Positions 34,784-48,053 of a stretch of DNA of 64,000 nucleotides are shown here, piece by piece. Position 1 is the stretch's first letter. Each line of letters starts with the position of its first letter. Source of the stretch: Haliotis rufescens (Eukaryota); the NCBI RefSeq assembly GCF_023055435.1, contig NW_025964361.1:49724001-49788000 (forward strand), in the 5' to 3' direction. The notes under the pieces are model-generated. The model was given only the letters and a program-made list of their open reading frames with translations. It was not told where the DNA came from and did not search any database. The position numbers and the translations under genes were made by a program.

Positions 34784-35248
34784 GTGGTTAGGGAAGAATG
34801 CGCGAAAGATACAAAGAGAAAATTTAAAGACGCTGATAAAGTGGATATGGCTACAAAACTGAAACATGCAGAGGATCTTCTCACGTTGAGTTACTCTTTA
34901 GAAGTGAGTAAAACGATCAGCCAGCTCGTGTGTGTAATGTGTATTCCTTGTCTGTTTAATGAAGAAGGTGATCCAATCTTTTTGGGAGAACATTCTTGTC
35001 GCATGACGGAGCAGGAGCAGGTGGATAAATACTTCAACGCGGCACTTGAGGATGCGGACAATGAACTGGTAATAGGAAAATGGATGAAACTTGTGACTGA
35101 TGCTCCAGATCTGTGCACAATGGCTGCTTTCCATTTAGTACCTTACCAGTGTAAGGACTATCGTGACAATACATTCAAATCACCCGAATGGGTGAATGGT
35201 TTGAAGCAATGCGTTGTAAAAATGTTGAAGTTGCAAAAACGCTTGTAG
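34784..35248 (+). CDS. Hypothetical Maverick protein, copy 2
   Basis: Paralog of 10910-11374. Confidence 0.55.
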   Translation: MVREECAKDTKRKFKDADKVDMATKLKHAEDLLTLSYSLEVSKTISQLVCVMCIPCLFNEEGDPIFLGEHSCRMTEQEQVDKYFNAALEDADNELVIGKWMKLVTDAPDLCTMAAFHLVPYQCKDYRDNTFKSPEWVNGLKQCVVKMLKLQKRL

Positions 35249-35428
35249 ACTGTTTCCATGTCATATTATTCTATCAGTACCAAATGAAATGTGTGTGTGT
35301 ACGTTAGCAATGTCCATACTATGAATAAAACATAAATTATGCTTACATCTTTGTTTGTCTTCTTTTGATAGTTATCAAATGGTTGTTCTTTAATAGGTGT
35401 CTGTTGTCGGAGCTTCTCTCATTTCAAC

Positions 35429-36564
35429 ATGAAGCCACAACAGAGAAAGGTGGTAACAAAGAAACAGGAGAAGATGTTAGAAAGTTACTATTTTAACCCG
35501 CTTGAACCGTGGGCTTTTTATGGTCCTGAGAAACTTCATAGCGTTCTGAAATAAGCTCGTCAGCCAGATCTCAGACCGAGCACTGTGAAACGTTTTCTGA
35601 ACAAACAGGACGCCTACAGTTTACACAAGCCACCCAAACAGAGATTCAAGAGGCTGAGAGTTCGGGTGAATTCTATAAATGAAATGTTTGATGTAGATTT
35701 GACCGACATGACTCGTTACAGCAAGGAGAATAATGGTGTGCGCTATTTACTGGTGGCTATTGACATACTGAGTAGGTTTGCTTTCGCCCTGCCTTTAACA
35801 AATAAGAGACAGAGACAATACTGAAAGCTTTCAAAGAAATAATTCAGGAACGAAATCCAATGGAATTGCGTGTGGATGGTGGTTCAGAGTTTAAAGGAGT
35901 ATTTAAAGATTTTTTAGAAAAACACAATATCACTCTGACTGTTGCACATAACGAAAATATCAAAAGTAATTATGTGGAACGATTCAACAGAACACTGAAA
36001 TCACTTATTACGCGTTACTTGACCCGTAATAACACCAAGTATTATTTAGATGCACTGCCCAAATTGATGGACAATTATAATAACACCTTACATTCTTCTT
36101 TGCCCAACCTTTCTCCAGTTCAAGTCAAGAAGAAGAATGAACTGAAAGTATGGGAACATTTGTATGTGAAGCCGTTGTTACTTAAAAAAAGCTCCAAGCA
36201 CAACAGGTCAAAGTCATTTGTATTTAAAGTAGGGGACCTTGTTCGCATTCCATACCTCCGGAGACCTTTCAGTAAGGAACTTGATCTGAAGTGGACTCAG
36301 GAGCTGTTTAAGGTGGCTAGGCGATACAAGAGACAAGAGATAGCACAGTATAAGATCCAAGACTTTCCCGATAAACTGATAGAAGGTATGTTTTATGCCA
36401 ACGAGCTACAAAAGGTGGAGAAAAAGGAAACTGTCTTGTGGCAGGTAGAGAAGATTTTAAAGAGAAAACGTGTGAAAGGGAAGACCTATCTGTTAGTGAG
36501 GTGGTTGGGCTGGCAGAGTTCCTTCGATTCTTATGTGGAGGAAAGTGAACTAAAAGATATCTGA
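35429..36564 (+). pseudogene. Integrase-chromodomain, copy 2 (TAA at ~35552, frameshift at ~35810)
   Basis: Same motifs as copy 1, with lesions at different positions. Confidence 0.92.
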
Positions 36565-36992
36565 TTGAAAGGTACATATTTATCAAAAACTCAGACTCCA
36601 AACAATCTTATTTTAACGAGAATACGCCTTATCATTTTCGTGTCAAACTATATCAAAGGTTGATTTTTGATGGATTCTGGGTTGTGTCTTTAACGGAGAT
36701 TAATTTTGGTAAACTTGACATCACCCACCTGAATGATCCATATGTGAACGTGTTATGCAATCTGTGTGATAGTTCTTTGGCAGGTGAACAGCAGTTGCCT
36801 TTATTGAGACGGCTTGATCTCAGACAAGGTCCTTACTATAGCTTTGCCCATGATTACAATATTCCGATTAAAGTCAAAGAATCTCCACACATAGAGGTGC
36901 GTATAAAGGCCAGTAACGGCATGTCACCCTCATTTCTAAAGGAAGTGACATATGTGACAATGCACTTGAGACGGTATCCCTTCGTTGATTAA
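36564..36992 (+). pseudogene. Minor capsid protein, copy 2 (start ATG mutated to ATT, frame otherwise open)
   Basis: Paralog of 12693-13120. Confidence 0.72.
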
Positions 36993-36994
36993 CC

Positions 36995-37324
36995 ATGGAG
37001 TCCACACCTTTGTATGTTCCCGATTATGTCAAATGGACCCACTATTTCAAGAAACACATGAAAGGAACATCTGCCTTAGTGAATGGTAAACCAAAGGTGA
37101 AAGTGATCCCGACACGACTTCAAGTGAAGACCGAAGAACCCAAGATCAAACTGGAAGTGACATCAGAGATGCAGAATATTGTTGAGAGAGCCAATGCCAA
37201 AGAAAAGCGACGGAAATCTTTAAAACGAGCTGCAGGTGATCGAATCACCACTTCAAAGAAGATCCGTCAGACAGATAACATTCCATCCAAGACCGCTAAG
37301 GTTCTCCAGTGTATCCCTGTTTGA
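36995..37324 (+). CDS. Small basic Polinton-type protein, copy 2 (C-terminus shortened by CGA>TGA)
   Basis: MESTPLYVPDYVKWTHYFKKH...; Lys/Arg-rich. Confidence 0.55.
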   Translation: MESTPLYVPDYVKWTHYFKKHMKGTSALVNGKPKVKVIPTRLQVKTEEPKIKLEVTSEMQNIVERANAKEKRRKSLKRAAGDRITTSKKIRQTDNIPSKTAKVLQCIPV

Positions 37325-37347
37325 GAAAACAACGTTTTCAGTTAATC

Positions 37348-38650
37348 ATGTCACTATTGAATGATAAAGACTTTGAGGAACTGATACCGCCCTCTCTCAA
37401 TCTGTTTATTTTATCACCATACGAGACCAGCATCCATCAACATTATTTTGATGAAGTGCGACCACTCAGCCAAATCAATGATTCTTCACCGTTGGAATTT
37501 CAAGTAACGAATGCTGGAAGTGATTACATTGACCTGAACCGTACCCGCCTACATGTGAAGCTCAAGGTGAAACATGCAGATGGCACTGATCTTGTTGACA
37601 AGGAACATATTGTCCCTGTCAACTTGTTTCTGCAGGCCCTCTTTTCCCAGGTGTCAGTGTACCTGCAGAATCAGTTGGTATCTTCTACAAACAACCATTA
37701 TGCTTACAAGAGCTTGATAAAAACTCTACTCAACTATGGAACAGAAGCAAAAACTTCACAGCTGTCATCTCAACTCTTCTACAAAGATGTGTCTGAATCC
37801 AACAATGATGTGGAATCGACTGATCCCTACACTGGTCTCAATACAGGAGTGCAATCTCGTGGCGGTTTCATTAATACTAGTAAAGTCTTGACCATGTCGG
37901 GGCCATTGTATGAAGATATCTTTCACATGAACAGACATTTGGTCAATGGAGTGGATTTGACAATGAAGCTGTACCGCTCCTCGCCCCAGTTCTGTTTGAT
38001 GAGTGGCAAAACAGGTCAAGATTACAAGGTGGAAATTCTGGATACCTACCTGAAGGTGTGTAAACTGAAAGTCAATCCAGCTCTTATTTTGGCACACAAC
38101 ACCTTGTTTCAAGACAGCAATGCTTTGTATCCTTACACCAAAAGTGAGGGTCAAGGTGACAAGCATCCCCACCACTCAACTGACACATACCATTGACAAT
38201 CTGTCGAATCCTATTGCTAATCGTTACATCGTAGGCTTTGTACTCAGCAACAGCTTGAATGGATCTTACACTGGTAACCCCTACAACTTCCAATCTAGTA
38301 TGGTGAAAAACATCAGCCTGTACATCAATGGTGCCAGTGTCCCCGGACGCCCCATGCAGGCAGATGACGTTGAGTCCTATGTGCAGATGTTCGATGGGAT
38401 GTGTCTGTGGAAAGAAAATACAGGAAACGGAATCACTCGGAGCGACTTTTTGCTCGGGAGTGCCCTGTTCGTCTTCGACATTGATAAAGTATGCAGTGAA
38501 TCCGACTATCTGAATCTGTTGAAATCCGGTAGCACCCGACTAGAAATCGAGTTCAAATCCGCCCTCACCGAAACACTCAGTTGTGTTGTTCTGAGTGAAA
38601 GAAGTTCCCTCATCGAAATTGACAAGACCAGGAACGTGTTTGTGAAGTAA
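37348..38650 (+). pseudogene. Major capsid protein, copy 2 (same frameshift as copy 1, ~38150)
   Basis: Paralog of 13447-14749. Confidence 0.9.
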
Positions 38651-38655
38651 AAAAC

Positions 38656-39126
38656 ATGAAAGCCTCTGACCTTGCATGTGCTATTCAAAGCGACTCCATC
38701 TTAAAGTACCATGTCTTAGGTGTGTTTGCCAAAGATACCTCACCTGTGCTAACTAGAGTCATGCTTGCACGTGGAGTGGGTCTCATTGTCAATACTGAAC
38801 CATCTGGAAGACCGGGTCGTCACTGGGTGGCTATGTACTTCAAAGGAAATACAGGGGAACTGTTTGACAGTCTGGGTTAGCCAGTGAATTCCGTTTTTGA
38901 TTTGTACTTAAAAACCTATGTCAATCAATACCAGCACAACGGAAGACAGTTACAGTCCTCATCATCCAACCTTTGTGGTCATTATTGTTTATATTATTTG
39001 TTGTATAAATGCAAAACAGATCTTACCCTTCAAACCCTTGTGCAGATATTTGATGTGCAAGTCCGTTTTAACAATGATGAGCATGTGTCAAAGTTTATCT
39101 GTAATTATTTTAGATATTGTTTGTAA
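38656..39126 (+). pseudogene. Adenain-like protease, copy 2 (same TAG, 38878-38880)
   Basis: Paralog of 14755-15225. Confidence 0.9.
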
Positions 39127-39257
39127 TCTTGTCATACCTGTGTCATGTAATATACTACTGTACTTGTGTAACCCATTAAAAAAATGAAATAAAAAAATTA
39201 GAGTAGTCATTCGAGTTTGTATTGTCACAGTTGAATTATTGTGCTCAGAGTGAGATC

Positions 39258-39927
39258 ATGGAACGTAAGTGTCTCTTACCAATACAAACACCTACCAACA
39301 TATCTGTGATTGGTGGATCTTCCTCAGGGAAAACAGTTTGGGTGAAAAGGTTGTTAGAGCAAGCTAATCTGATGTTTGACAAACCTCCCAACCTTATTGT
39401 GTACTGCTATGCCGTATGGCAAGACATCTACAGTGACATGCAGCAAAACATTTCTAACATTCTTTTTATGGATTCCCTTCCAACTGAGAATGATTTGAAA
39501 ATGTGGTCTGAGCAATCTGAAAAGAACATGGTGTTGGTCATGGATGACTTGATGATGAATATATGTAAAAGTCCACTGATGTTAAATCTCTATCTATACT
39601 ACATTGTCTCATCATTGGGGAATCAGTGTTATAAATATTCAACAGTCTGCTTATCCTAAGGGGGATTGTAACCGAACTATTTCCTTGAATACACACTACT
39701 TCATTTTGCTATCTAACCTACGTTCTGCACATGAATATAAAATCTTGGCATCTCAAATATTTCCAGGACAAGTCAAATATTTTACTGAATCATTTCGTGA
39801 TGCAGTGGAGGGAAAGAAATTTCAATATTTAATGATTGACGTATCACCCTATTCCGATCCTCAGTATGGGCGTCTGCGCAGTGGTGTCTTTCCAGATGAA
39901 GTATGTATTGTGTACCAACCCAAATAA
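39258..39927 (+). pseudogene. Packaging ATPase, copy 2 (same frameshift)
   Basis: Walker A GGSSSGKT and Walker B VLVMDD. Confidence 0.9.
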
Positions 39928-40002
39928 AAGCTACTGCTGAAAGTTATACCCACCAGTTGCCCGTATTACCAATGAACAGATCAGTTGCTGAATGAGGTCA
40001 TC

Positions 40003-40314
40003 ATGGATGTTTGCGGACGATTTAAAGATATTGCTAACGATTGTTCAGTGATTTCAACCAATGCTGAAGTGTATGGGGATAGATTTTGTGAGAGATTAAA
40101 GTCCTTCGCCAGTTGGCCCGTGCAAATGAAACAGTCTCTGAAGACTATGGCAAAAGCAGGATTCATTTACACGGGTCAATCAGATAAAGTCTACTGTTTC
40201 ATGTGTCGATTGCGTGTAAATAAATGGATGCCAGAAGATGAACCACTAACTGAACATTTCAGGTTATCACCTCAGTGTAGTTACATAAACATGATAGCTT
40301 CTAATACCAAATGA
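40003..40314 (+). CDS. Single-BIR IAP-like protein, copy 2
   Basis: Intact BIR zinc ligands. Confidence 0.9.
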   Translation: MDVCGRFKDIANDCSVISTNAEVYGDRFCERLKSFASWPVQMKQSLKTMAKAGFIYTGQSDKVYCFMCRLRVNKWMPEDEPLTEHFRLSPQCSYINMIASNTK

Positions 40315-40421
40315 GAGACATCGGCTATGGTGTATGAGGAATATTAGGGTCTAAGCATACATATATAAAAGTCACAATAACCTAGTTAGATCATTTCACA
40401 TCGTGATCTCTTCACATCAAT

Positions 40422-41351
40422 ATGGGTGATTTACTGGAAAAATATCTGTCTTTTCTTCAGACACTACTGCAGGCTAATGTGAAGCAGGGAAAAGCTTTAC
40501 TTCAATATGTGTCATGTGAACAAATGCATGCTATTAATACCATGATGTTAAACATTTTGAAAGGGAATATTCCGCTCTCACTGATGGATAAAACTCGCTT
40601 GCACCGTCATAGGTTTCACATTAGAACAGTGGCTGCCAAAGAAGGTTTTCCCAATCGGATTAAAAAGGAGGTGTTGATAAGACATCCTTCGATCTTGCCT
40701 ATTTGCATTGCTGCACTGTTAGATTACCTACATCATGAGCAGACCTATGGTTCTCCTGAACAGGAACACATACCAACGCCTGATAGACAACCAGGAAAAG
40801 GAGAAAACAGCGACTCAGGAACAACACAACAACAACAACAGATAATGACAGTGACTCCGGATCGGGAGACGAGTCCTCTGAGACTGAATGAGACCCCTGA
40901 AGAAATCACCCATGATGAAGCACAGATTAAAGCAAATGCGAACTTGAATCTGGATCTACTTCTTAAGGATGTGTCATTAACTAAAAAGATTGGCAAACTC
41001 ACCAAACTATGGTACTTTATCAGGGATCAGATCAGAAACGCTCACTTCAGACTGAATGATCAGTTAGAAATTGTGTTAGATAATGAGAATGTGTGGATCG
41101 GAACTAACGTTATTGACCTCATTCGTTTTACTGTGATGCATCGTGGGGCTGTTCCTACAGGCTACCGCGACTTTCTCAAACTTTTAAAAATGCTCCATGT
41201 ACCAAAGCGGCTTTTGTATAAGCCAGATGCAAAGAAACAGAACGACAAAATAAAGAAGGCAAAATCATCTTTATATCTAAAACGACAAGCACAACATGGT
41301 GTGCCCGGTGCTAACACTACTGCAAAATTAAGAAAAGTAGAGTCTTTCTAA
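40422..41351 (+). pseudogene. Two overlapping Polinton-type hypothetical genes (ATG 40422 and ATG 40735) fused by a 1-bp deletion at ~40825
   Basis: Comparison with copy 1 (ACAACAACAAC vs ACAACACAAC) shows that the 309-aa ORF joins two reading frames. Confidence 0.6.
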
Positions 41352-41439
41352 CTGTACATGCACATTCATTCATTCATGACATGTATTCTATGTAACTTTC
41401 TGATTGTAAAGCAATAAAATAATGCTAACACATGCGTCT

Positions 41440-41748
41440 TTAATTATTACTATCTTCCATGTTCATGAGGACTCTGAGCTGCATCTCAAGTCTTTCTTTT
41501 CTGTCATCACAGAAGAAATGCCTATGCATATAATCAGAGTCACTGTAACGCACAGTGTGCTGGTCCTGAAACTCTAGCCCAAGGCTTACCCTCTGTTGCT
41601 TGGGTTTTTCCAAGATGGTATGAAGGGGCAGCTCATTCACTGCACAATCAAAGTATTGAGTAATACACTCGTCACAAACTGTACATTTTGGAGCTCTATA
41701 GAAATATAAGTTCAAACTTAAGTGCAAACAGCTGCACACAATGAACAT
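41440..41748 (-). CDS. Hypothetical Cys-containing protein or exon, copy 2
   Basis: Paralog of 17558-17866 (one amino-acid difference). Confidence 0.4.
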   Translation of the reverse strand: MFIVCSCLHLSLNLYFYRAPKCTVCDECITQYFDCAVNELPLHTILEKPKQQRVSLGLEFQDQHTVRYSDSDYMHRHFFCDDRKERLEMQLRVLMNMEDSNN

Positions 41749-42064
41749 GAGTGGTGTGGCTGCTATTCAAAACAGTTTCAGATTGCTTCAAGACAGATGT
41801 ATCAAGCGGGTGTATAATAGGGTAGTACTAAGAACTGCTGAATCACCTTGACCGAGTACACAAGCTATACAATATTTTTGAGAAAATGTTTACCATGGGA
41901 TGGTACTGAAAACGTGACACTTTAAAAGCACATGTGTTCCATTATGAAAGACTACATAAAAGGGATACACTTAATGAAAGAGCCGTATAGAGAGGTGGTG
42001 AGGTGAGGTGAAATTGGGTTTAACGTCGCGTCCAAGATTATTGCACTTATATAGCGACGTGCAT

Positions 42065-42102
<38 letters not shown>

Positions 42103-43295
42103 CTGCTTGTACTAGTCCGGACTGATGCCGATTTATAGTGCTAGCTCACTGAGATACCATGCCCCAGTTTAACATGAATACCCCACTCAGACACAGTATA
42201 CTGACTCAGAGCCGACCAGATTTACACTTTATTACACCGAACAAGCACGTCACACACTTCAATTTCGCTATGCATCTCACTGTGTTTTCTAAAATAAAAG
42301 CATATTTTTAATCAGAATGTGTGTATGTTTTATGTTTCAATTCGCAGTTATTCGCTCTCTTGGTCTATCAATGTGATATGAGCCACTAGTGTGATACGAG
42401 TTACCTCCCTTGGATCACGAGGGCAGGCCGCTCGCTTCACCCGTCTTTCGGTGTATGTATTCATGCCAACCAGCGTTCATTGTTTCCTCACTGTCAATAG
42501 TGTATTACCTCCCTTACACCGGTAAGCCTTTCGTTTACAGGCATCTGGTGTAGCCGAACGGTTTGACCGTTGTTTTTCCAGCTAAGTTTACTACATGATG
42601 ATATATAAGAAGAAATTAAATCCAGCCATGTACAATTGATGGAATAAATATGATTAAACCAAATATGAACTGAGCGAATGGTTAATTCAAACGGAATATA
42701 TGGAGGAATGATTAATGAAACAGTGTTGTACAGTCATAAGGTAAGTTCACTTATTTTCATTATTACTATTACATCAATTAGTTATATGTCATAAAGCAGA
42801 AAACATACGAATTACACATCTGCAGATGGGTATAATGTATACTTTCTACTCAAGTTCTAATATAATGGCGAAAACAAGTAACAGCGATATTATCTAGTTG
42901 GTGATCGTCTAAAAGCAACATTTAACCCTTAATGTTACGTTAGCACACTGAAACAGATAAAAAGTTAAAGAGTGATAGAAATGTTAATAGATAAAGGTTG
43001 ATAGATAAAGGTTAATGAATACCGCTATGAACAATAACATAATATTTTAACACTTAGTGAAACGTGAATGCAGTAGAGAAAAATGTTTATAAATGAATTG
43101 ACATCGTTTAAAGGGTTAACAGGTTTAGCGGCTAAAACCCACACACGAATAGATTCACTCTTGCGTGTAAAGAGTGGGTGAGAGAGAGCTACCCCTAGTG
43201 TATTGATACTAATGTGCGGTGACATAGTTACATGTTTGAACAGAGCGAATATATACAGAGCCAGCCTTACTGCTAGTCTCCTTTAGCAAAATTTG

Positions 43296-43579
43296 CTTCT
43301 ATTGTGTGACTTGACTGGCCTCTGTGGTATGCTCCACAAGAATGCTTTTGTTTGTTTCTTTACTCTACGCTCCATAGGAATGCTTTTGTTTGTTTCTTTA
43401 CTCTACGCTCCACAGAAATGCTTTTGTTAGAAATTCCACGCTCCACAGGAATGCTTTTGATGGAAATTCCATGCTCCACAGGAATTTGTTGAAATTCTAT
43501 GCTCCACAGGAATGCTTTTGTTGGTACTCCACGCTCCACAGGAATGCTTTTGTCCGGAAGGTACTACTTTCTATCTACT
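43296..43579 (-). repeat. Right TIR, copy 2
   Basis: Inverted match to 33551-33943. Confidence 0.9.
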
Positions 43580-44805
43580 ATTAACCACAAGGTGTAAGGG
43601 ACAGATGGTGAAATGATCAATGTGTTCACTTCATTTAAATTGATGAGTGCATATCTAAAAGGTCAGGTCGGTACTTTGTTTTCATTTATAAAAAAATCAG
43701 AGACTTCTTCGTGACTTACACTTCATTACACCGAACAAGCACGTCACACACTTCAATTTCGCTATGCATTCTGTATTAGTCATATTAACTGCAGACACAC
43801 TACACAATCGAACTATATGCATGTGCTATGTACAGATACAGTTATGTCAACAGCTATAACGGTATAAGGTATAAAGGTCCATTGGTCATGGAAGGTCTAT
43901 GAGCACTGTTACGTGTCTATTCCCAAATTGAAACGATAGGCTAATCCAGAAATCTGAATCTAAAACATCTTAGTGTGAAACCAACAAACAACTAACAAGT
44001 GGTATTCAATCAACGAATGAATTATACTATTAACTTAGTTAACAAATCAATATAAATTACAGCACAGCAATTACAATGGCAGAAAACAAAAGAGTGGTTG
44101 TACAATATTCAATGGCAATAACTAATACGATGGCAGTGGTCAGAATCAAATAGAAAATTACAGTGGTGATGGAAAAAGTCAGTGATACTAATATATATTC
44201 ACCCAGCGGCCACGGTGGTCAAGTTTCCAAGATGGGCTAGGCAGGGAATCGGGGATAATGAGCGATCCTCACATGAAAGCTGATGCGAGACGAGATGAAA
44301 TGCGTGCGAGACGAAATATGTGAGAGATCCAAAAGTGTGAGAGATGTGTAAAGACGCTACTGTCCCCTTATGAACTGTCCAAATCGCTTCCTAAACACCA
44401 CAGAATATTTCATACCAGGTCACGGTAAACCGGAAGTTTACACACAAAACTAGTATCTAAATATAGTAGCTTCCTGACGACTGCTTAGATGAAATAGTAC
44501 TACATTCCTGAGGACTAATCACTTCCGAAATACATTGTAATTAGCGGCTACCGAATCTCTACAGAAACGAGGTAAAACCACTGTTAAACAACAAAATAAA
44601 CTGCAATATAACAGCGTGATGAACCAAACTACATAAGATTTGTAAGATGTAAATGATGCAAGCACCGTTTCGTGTCCCGAGATACTCAGGTAACCGCGAC
44701 ACTGCTGTCAGTGTAAAAGCCGCTTTTAAAACAATTTTTTGGCAGTGTTAATGAATGAACAAGACTAAATGAGCAGATTCCCCGAACAGAACATTTTGGA
44801 TAAAG

Positions 44806-47009
44806 CCTCAGGAGTCTGACTGCCGAACGCAGTCACCCACCCAACCACACTCTACTAACGTTACACCATGTTCCACAGGAGTCGGGCTGCCGAACGCCGT
44901 CACCCACTCAACTACACTCTACTAACGTTACACCATGTTTCTCGGGTGTCAGGCTGCCGAACGCAGTCACCCATCCAACTACACTCTACTAACGTTACAC
45001 CATGTTCCTCAGGTGTCAGGCTGCCGAACGCAGTCACCAATCCAACTACACTCTACTAACGATACACCATGTCCCTCAGGTGTCAGGCTGCCGAACGCCG
45101 TCACCCACCCAACTACACTCCACTAACGTTACACCATGTTTCTCGGGTGTCAGGCTGCCGAACGCAGTCACCCATCCAACTACACTCTACTAACGTCAAT
45201 CCATGTTCCTCAGGTGTCAGGCTGCCGAACGCTGTCACCCATCCAACTGCACTCTACTAACGTTACACCATGTTCCTCAGGTGTCAGGCTGCCGAACGCC
45301 GTCACCCATCCAACTACACTCTACTAACGTTACACCATGTTTCTCGGGTGTCAGACTGCCGAACGCAGTCACCCATCCAACTACACTCTACTAACGTTAC
45401 ACCATGTTTTTCGGGTGTCAGGCTGGCGAACGCAGTCACCCATCCAACTACACTCTACTAACGTTACACCATGTTTCTCGGGTGTCAGGCTGCCGAACGC
45501 AGTCACCCATCCAACTACACTCTACTAACGTTACACCATGTTCCTCAGGTGTCGGGCTGCCGAACGCAGTCACCAATCCAACTACACTCTACTAACGATA
45601 CACCATGTCCCTCATGTGTCAGGCTGCCGAACGCGGTCACCCACCCAACTACACTCCACTAACGTTACACCCTGTTACTCGGGTGTCAGGCTGCCGAACG
45701 CAGTCACCCATCCAACTACACTCTACTAACGTCAATCCATGTTCCTCAGGTGTCAGGCTGCCGAACGCTGTCACCCATCCAACTGCACTCTACTAACGTT
45801 ACACCATGTTCCTCAGGTGTCAGGCTGCCGAACGCCGTCACCCATCCAACTACACTCTACTAACGTTACACCATGTTTCTCGGGTGTCAGACTGCCGAAC
45901 GCAGTCACCCATCCAACTACACTCTACTAACGTTACACCATGTTTTTCGGGTGTCAGGCTGGCGAACGCAGTCACCCATCCAACTACACTCTACTAACGT
46001 TACACCATGTTTCTCGGGTGTCAGGCTGCCGAACGCAGTCACCCATCCAACTACACTCTACTAACGTTACACCATGTTCCTCAGGTGTCGGGCTGCCGAA
46101 CGCAGTCACCAATCCAACTACACTCTACTAACGATACACCATGTCCCTCATGTGTCAGGCTGCCGAACGCCGTCACCCACCCAACTACACTCCACTAACG
46201 TTACACAATGTTTCTCGGGTGTCAGGCTGCCGAACGCAGTCACCCATCCAACTACACTCTACTAACGTCAATCCATGTTCCTCAGGTGTCAGGCTGCCGA
46301 ACGCCGTCACCCATCCAACTGCACTCTACTAACGTTACACCATGTTCCTCAGGTGTCAGGCTGCCGAACGCCGTCACCCATCCAACTACACTCTACTAAC
46401 GTTACACCATGTTTCTCGGGTGTCAGGCTGCCGAACGCAGTCACCCATCCAACTACACTCTACTAACGTTACACCATGTTCCTCAGGTGTCAGGCTGCCG
46501 AACGCCGTCACCCATCCAACTACACTCTACTAACGTTACACCATGTTTTTCGGGTGTCAGGCTGGCGAACGCAGTCACCCATCCAACTACACTCTACTAA
46601 CGTTACACCATGTTTCTCGGGTGTCAGGCTGCCGAACGCAGTCACCCATCCAACTACACTCTACTAACGTTACACCATGTTCCTCAGGAGTCGGGCTGCC
46701 GAACGCAGTCACCCACCCAACTACACTCTACTAACGATACACCATGTTCCTCAGGAGTCGGGCTGCCGAACGCCGTCACCCACCCAACTTCACTCTACTA
46801 ACGTTACACCGTGTTCCTCAGGAGTCAGGCTGCCGAACGCGGTCACTCACCCAACTACACTCTACTAACGATACACCATGTCCCTCAGGTGTCGGGCTGC
46901 CGAACGCAGTCACCCATCCAATTACACTCTACTAACGATACACCATGTCCCTCAGGTGTCAGGCTGCCGAACGCCGTCACCCATCTAAATACACTGCGCA
47001 ACTAACGTT
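44806..47009. repeat. 67-bp minisatellite, ~33 copies, with a 536-bp (8-mer) higher-order repeat
   Basis: Exactly 1541 bp (23 x 67) longer than the unit-1 array. Variant patterns recur at a 536-bp offset (ORF-track translations at 45203=45739, 45270=45806, 45337=45873). Confidence 0.95.
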
Positions 47010-47441
47010 GCTTACTTTCACCTGGTTTGTACCTATGTGCTGTACACAAGACCACGTTCCACCATAATATGTTGTATGTTCGTCGCGGTTAACCACAATA
47101 ATTATGACAGTGATATTATCCTAGTGTTTGAATCCGCCACTGACACAATATCCAATCAATATTTGTATGTTTGCACTTCGTAGGTACAGTGATACATTTA
47201 ACTTAAATTTTCTTGGCGATCAGGGTGATTTCTCCACAAAAAGACCTGGTAAGGACGAGATTAATGTATGCAGATAAATCAAGGAAACTAAAAGATTTGG
47301 ATTGATGTTGTCTGTGAAACAGTCTAGGTATTCCATCGCCAGTTCATTTTCAAATGGGATACGTATGCTACAACAAATAACTCCCAGGTCACATAAAAGG
47401 CAATGAATTGACATGTATTTGTATTAACAATAAGAGCATTG

Positions 47442-47990
47442 TTACACGTCAGAATAAGGCTGCGGGATCAGCGTTGAGGATAAGCTGACACAGACGTGTC
47501 CAGAACTGGGTGTGTTCCTCAACGTCCAGAATGTATTCCTCTGAACCACATTGAGGAGAAGATGAGGAACTGGGGCTCCCGCTGCAAAGGACATATCCCT
47601 GTACAGAAGAAGGACCCGGTCCGTGATAGCGTTGTTCACAGACATCAGTCTGACAGTAGACAGAACAGTAAAGTGTATCCATTCGTCTCTCAGGAAGTTC
47701 TCTGTAAGCACGATAACAATCTTCCAGCTTCTCGGCAAAGTATCAATGGTCACTTCAGCCTGGGAACACCCTACAGGGTCATGTAAGTCGGGCAGGTACA
47801 GTTTTATACCAGAGGAGACTTTTTGGAGCTGCTTGAAGAGATAATGACATGGCCATTGATACACAGCACTTTCATAGCATATGTAGGTATCATAATCGAA
47901 ATCCTCCCTTTGTGGTCGGCGTCCTGGATTAAAACTAAGCATGTGTAATACGTGGGGTTTCTATTTTGGGGAAATATTTCTTGAAGAGAA
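47442..47990 (-). pseudogene. TIR-only TLR remnant (TLR-D type); 166-aa ORF from ATG 47942 with a frameshifted C-terminus
   Basis: TIR boxes 1-2 are present. A 1-bp deletion changes VVSEEH to VVQRNT. The ancestral TGA at 47449-47451 and the 3' flank match TLR-D. Confidence 0.85.
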
Positions 47991-48053
47991 ATCGAACCCG
48001 GGTCTTTGGCGTGACGAGCGAACGCTTCAACCACTAGGCTACCCAATCGCCCC
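47988..48053 (-). mobile_element. tRNA-derived SINE head fused to the TIR remnant, copy 2
   Basis: Matches 22092-22157. Confidence 0.85.

Larger units (their letters stand above)
33551..43579 (+). mobile_element. Polinton/Maverick-type endogenous virus, copy 2 (10,029 bp)
   Basis: Same termini and gene order. TSD ATTAAC at 33545-33550 and 43580-43585. Flanks match copy 1. Confidence 0.95.

Noticed and set aside
40422-41351. A genuine 309-aa protein
   Set aside because: Comparison with copy 1 indicates a 1-bp deletion in a CAA run fusing two overlapping genes, although copy 1 being the derived state cannot be fully excluded.
33551-43579. Two independent Maverick transposition events into a hotspot
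   Set aside because: Identical TSD and flanks plus shared inactivating mutations point to a single insertion that was later duplicated.
44806-47009. CRISPR-like array, or the many 63-aa ORFs in the 67-bp repeat (also 20907-21569)
   Set aside because: Units are contiguous with no unique spacers, there are no cas genes and the context is eukaryotic. The ORFs arise because a 67-bp period cycles through three frames (201 bp).
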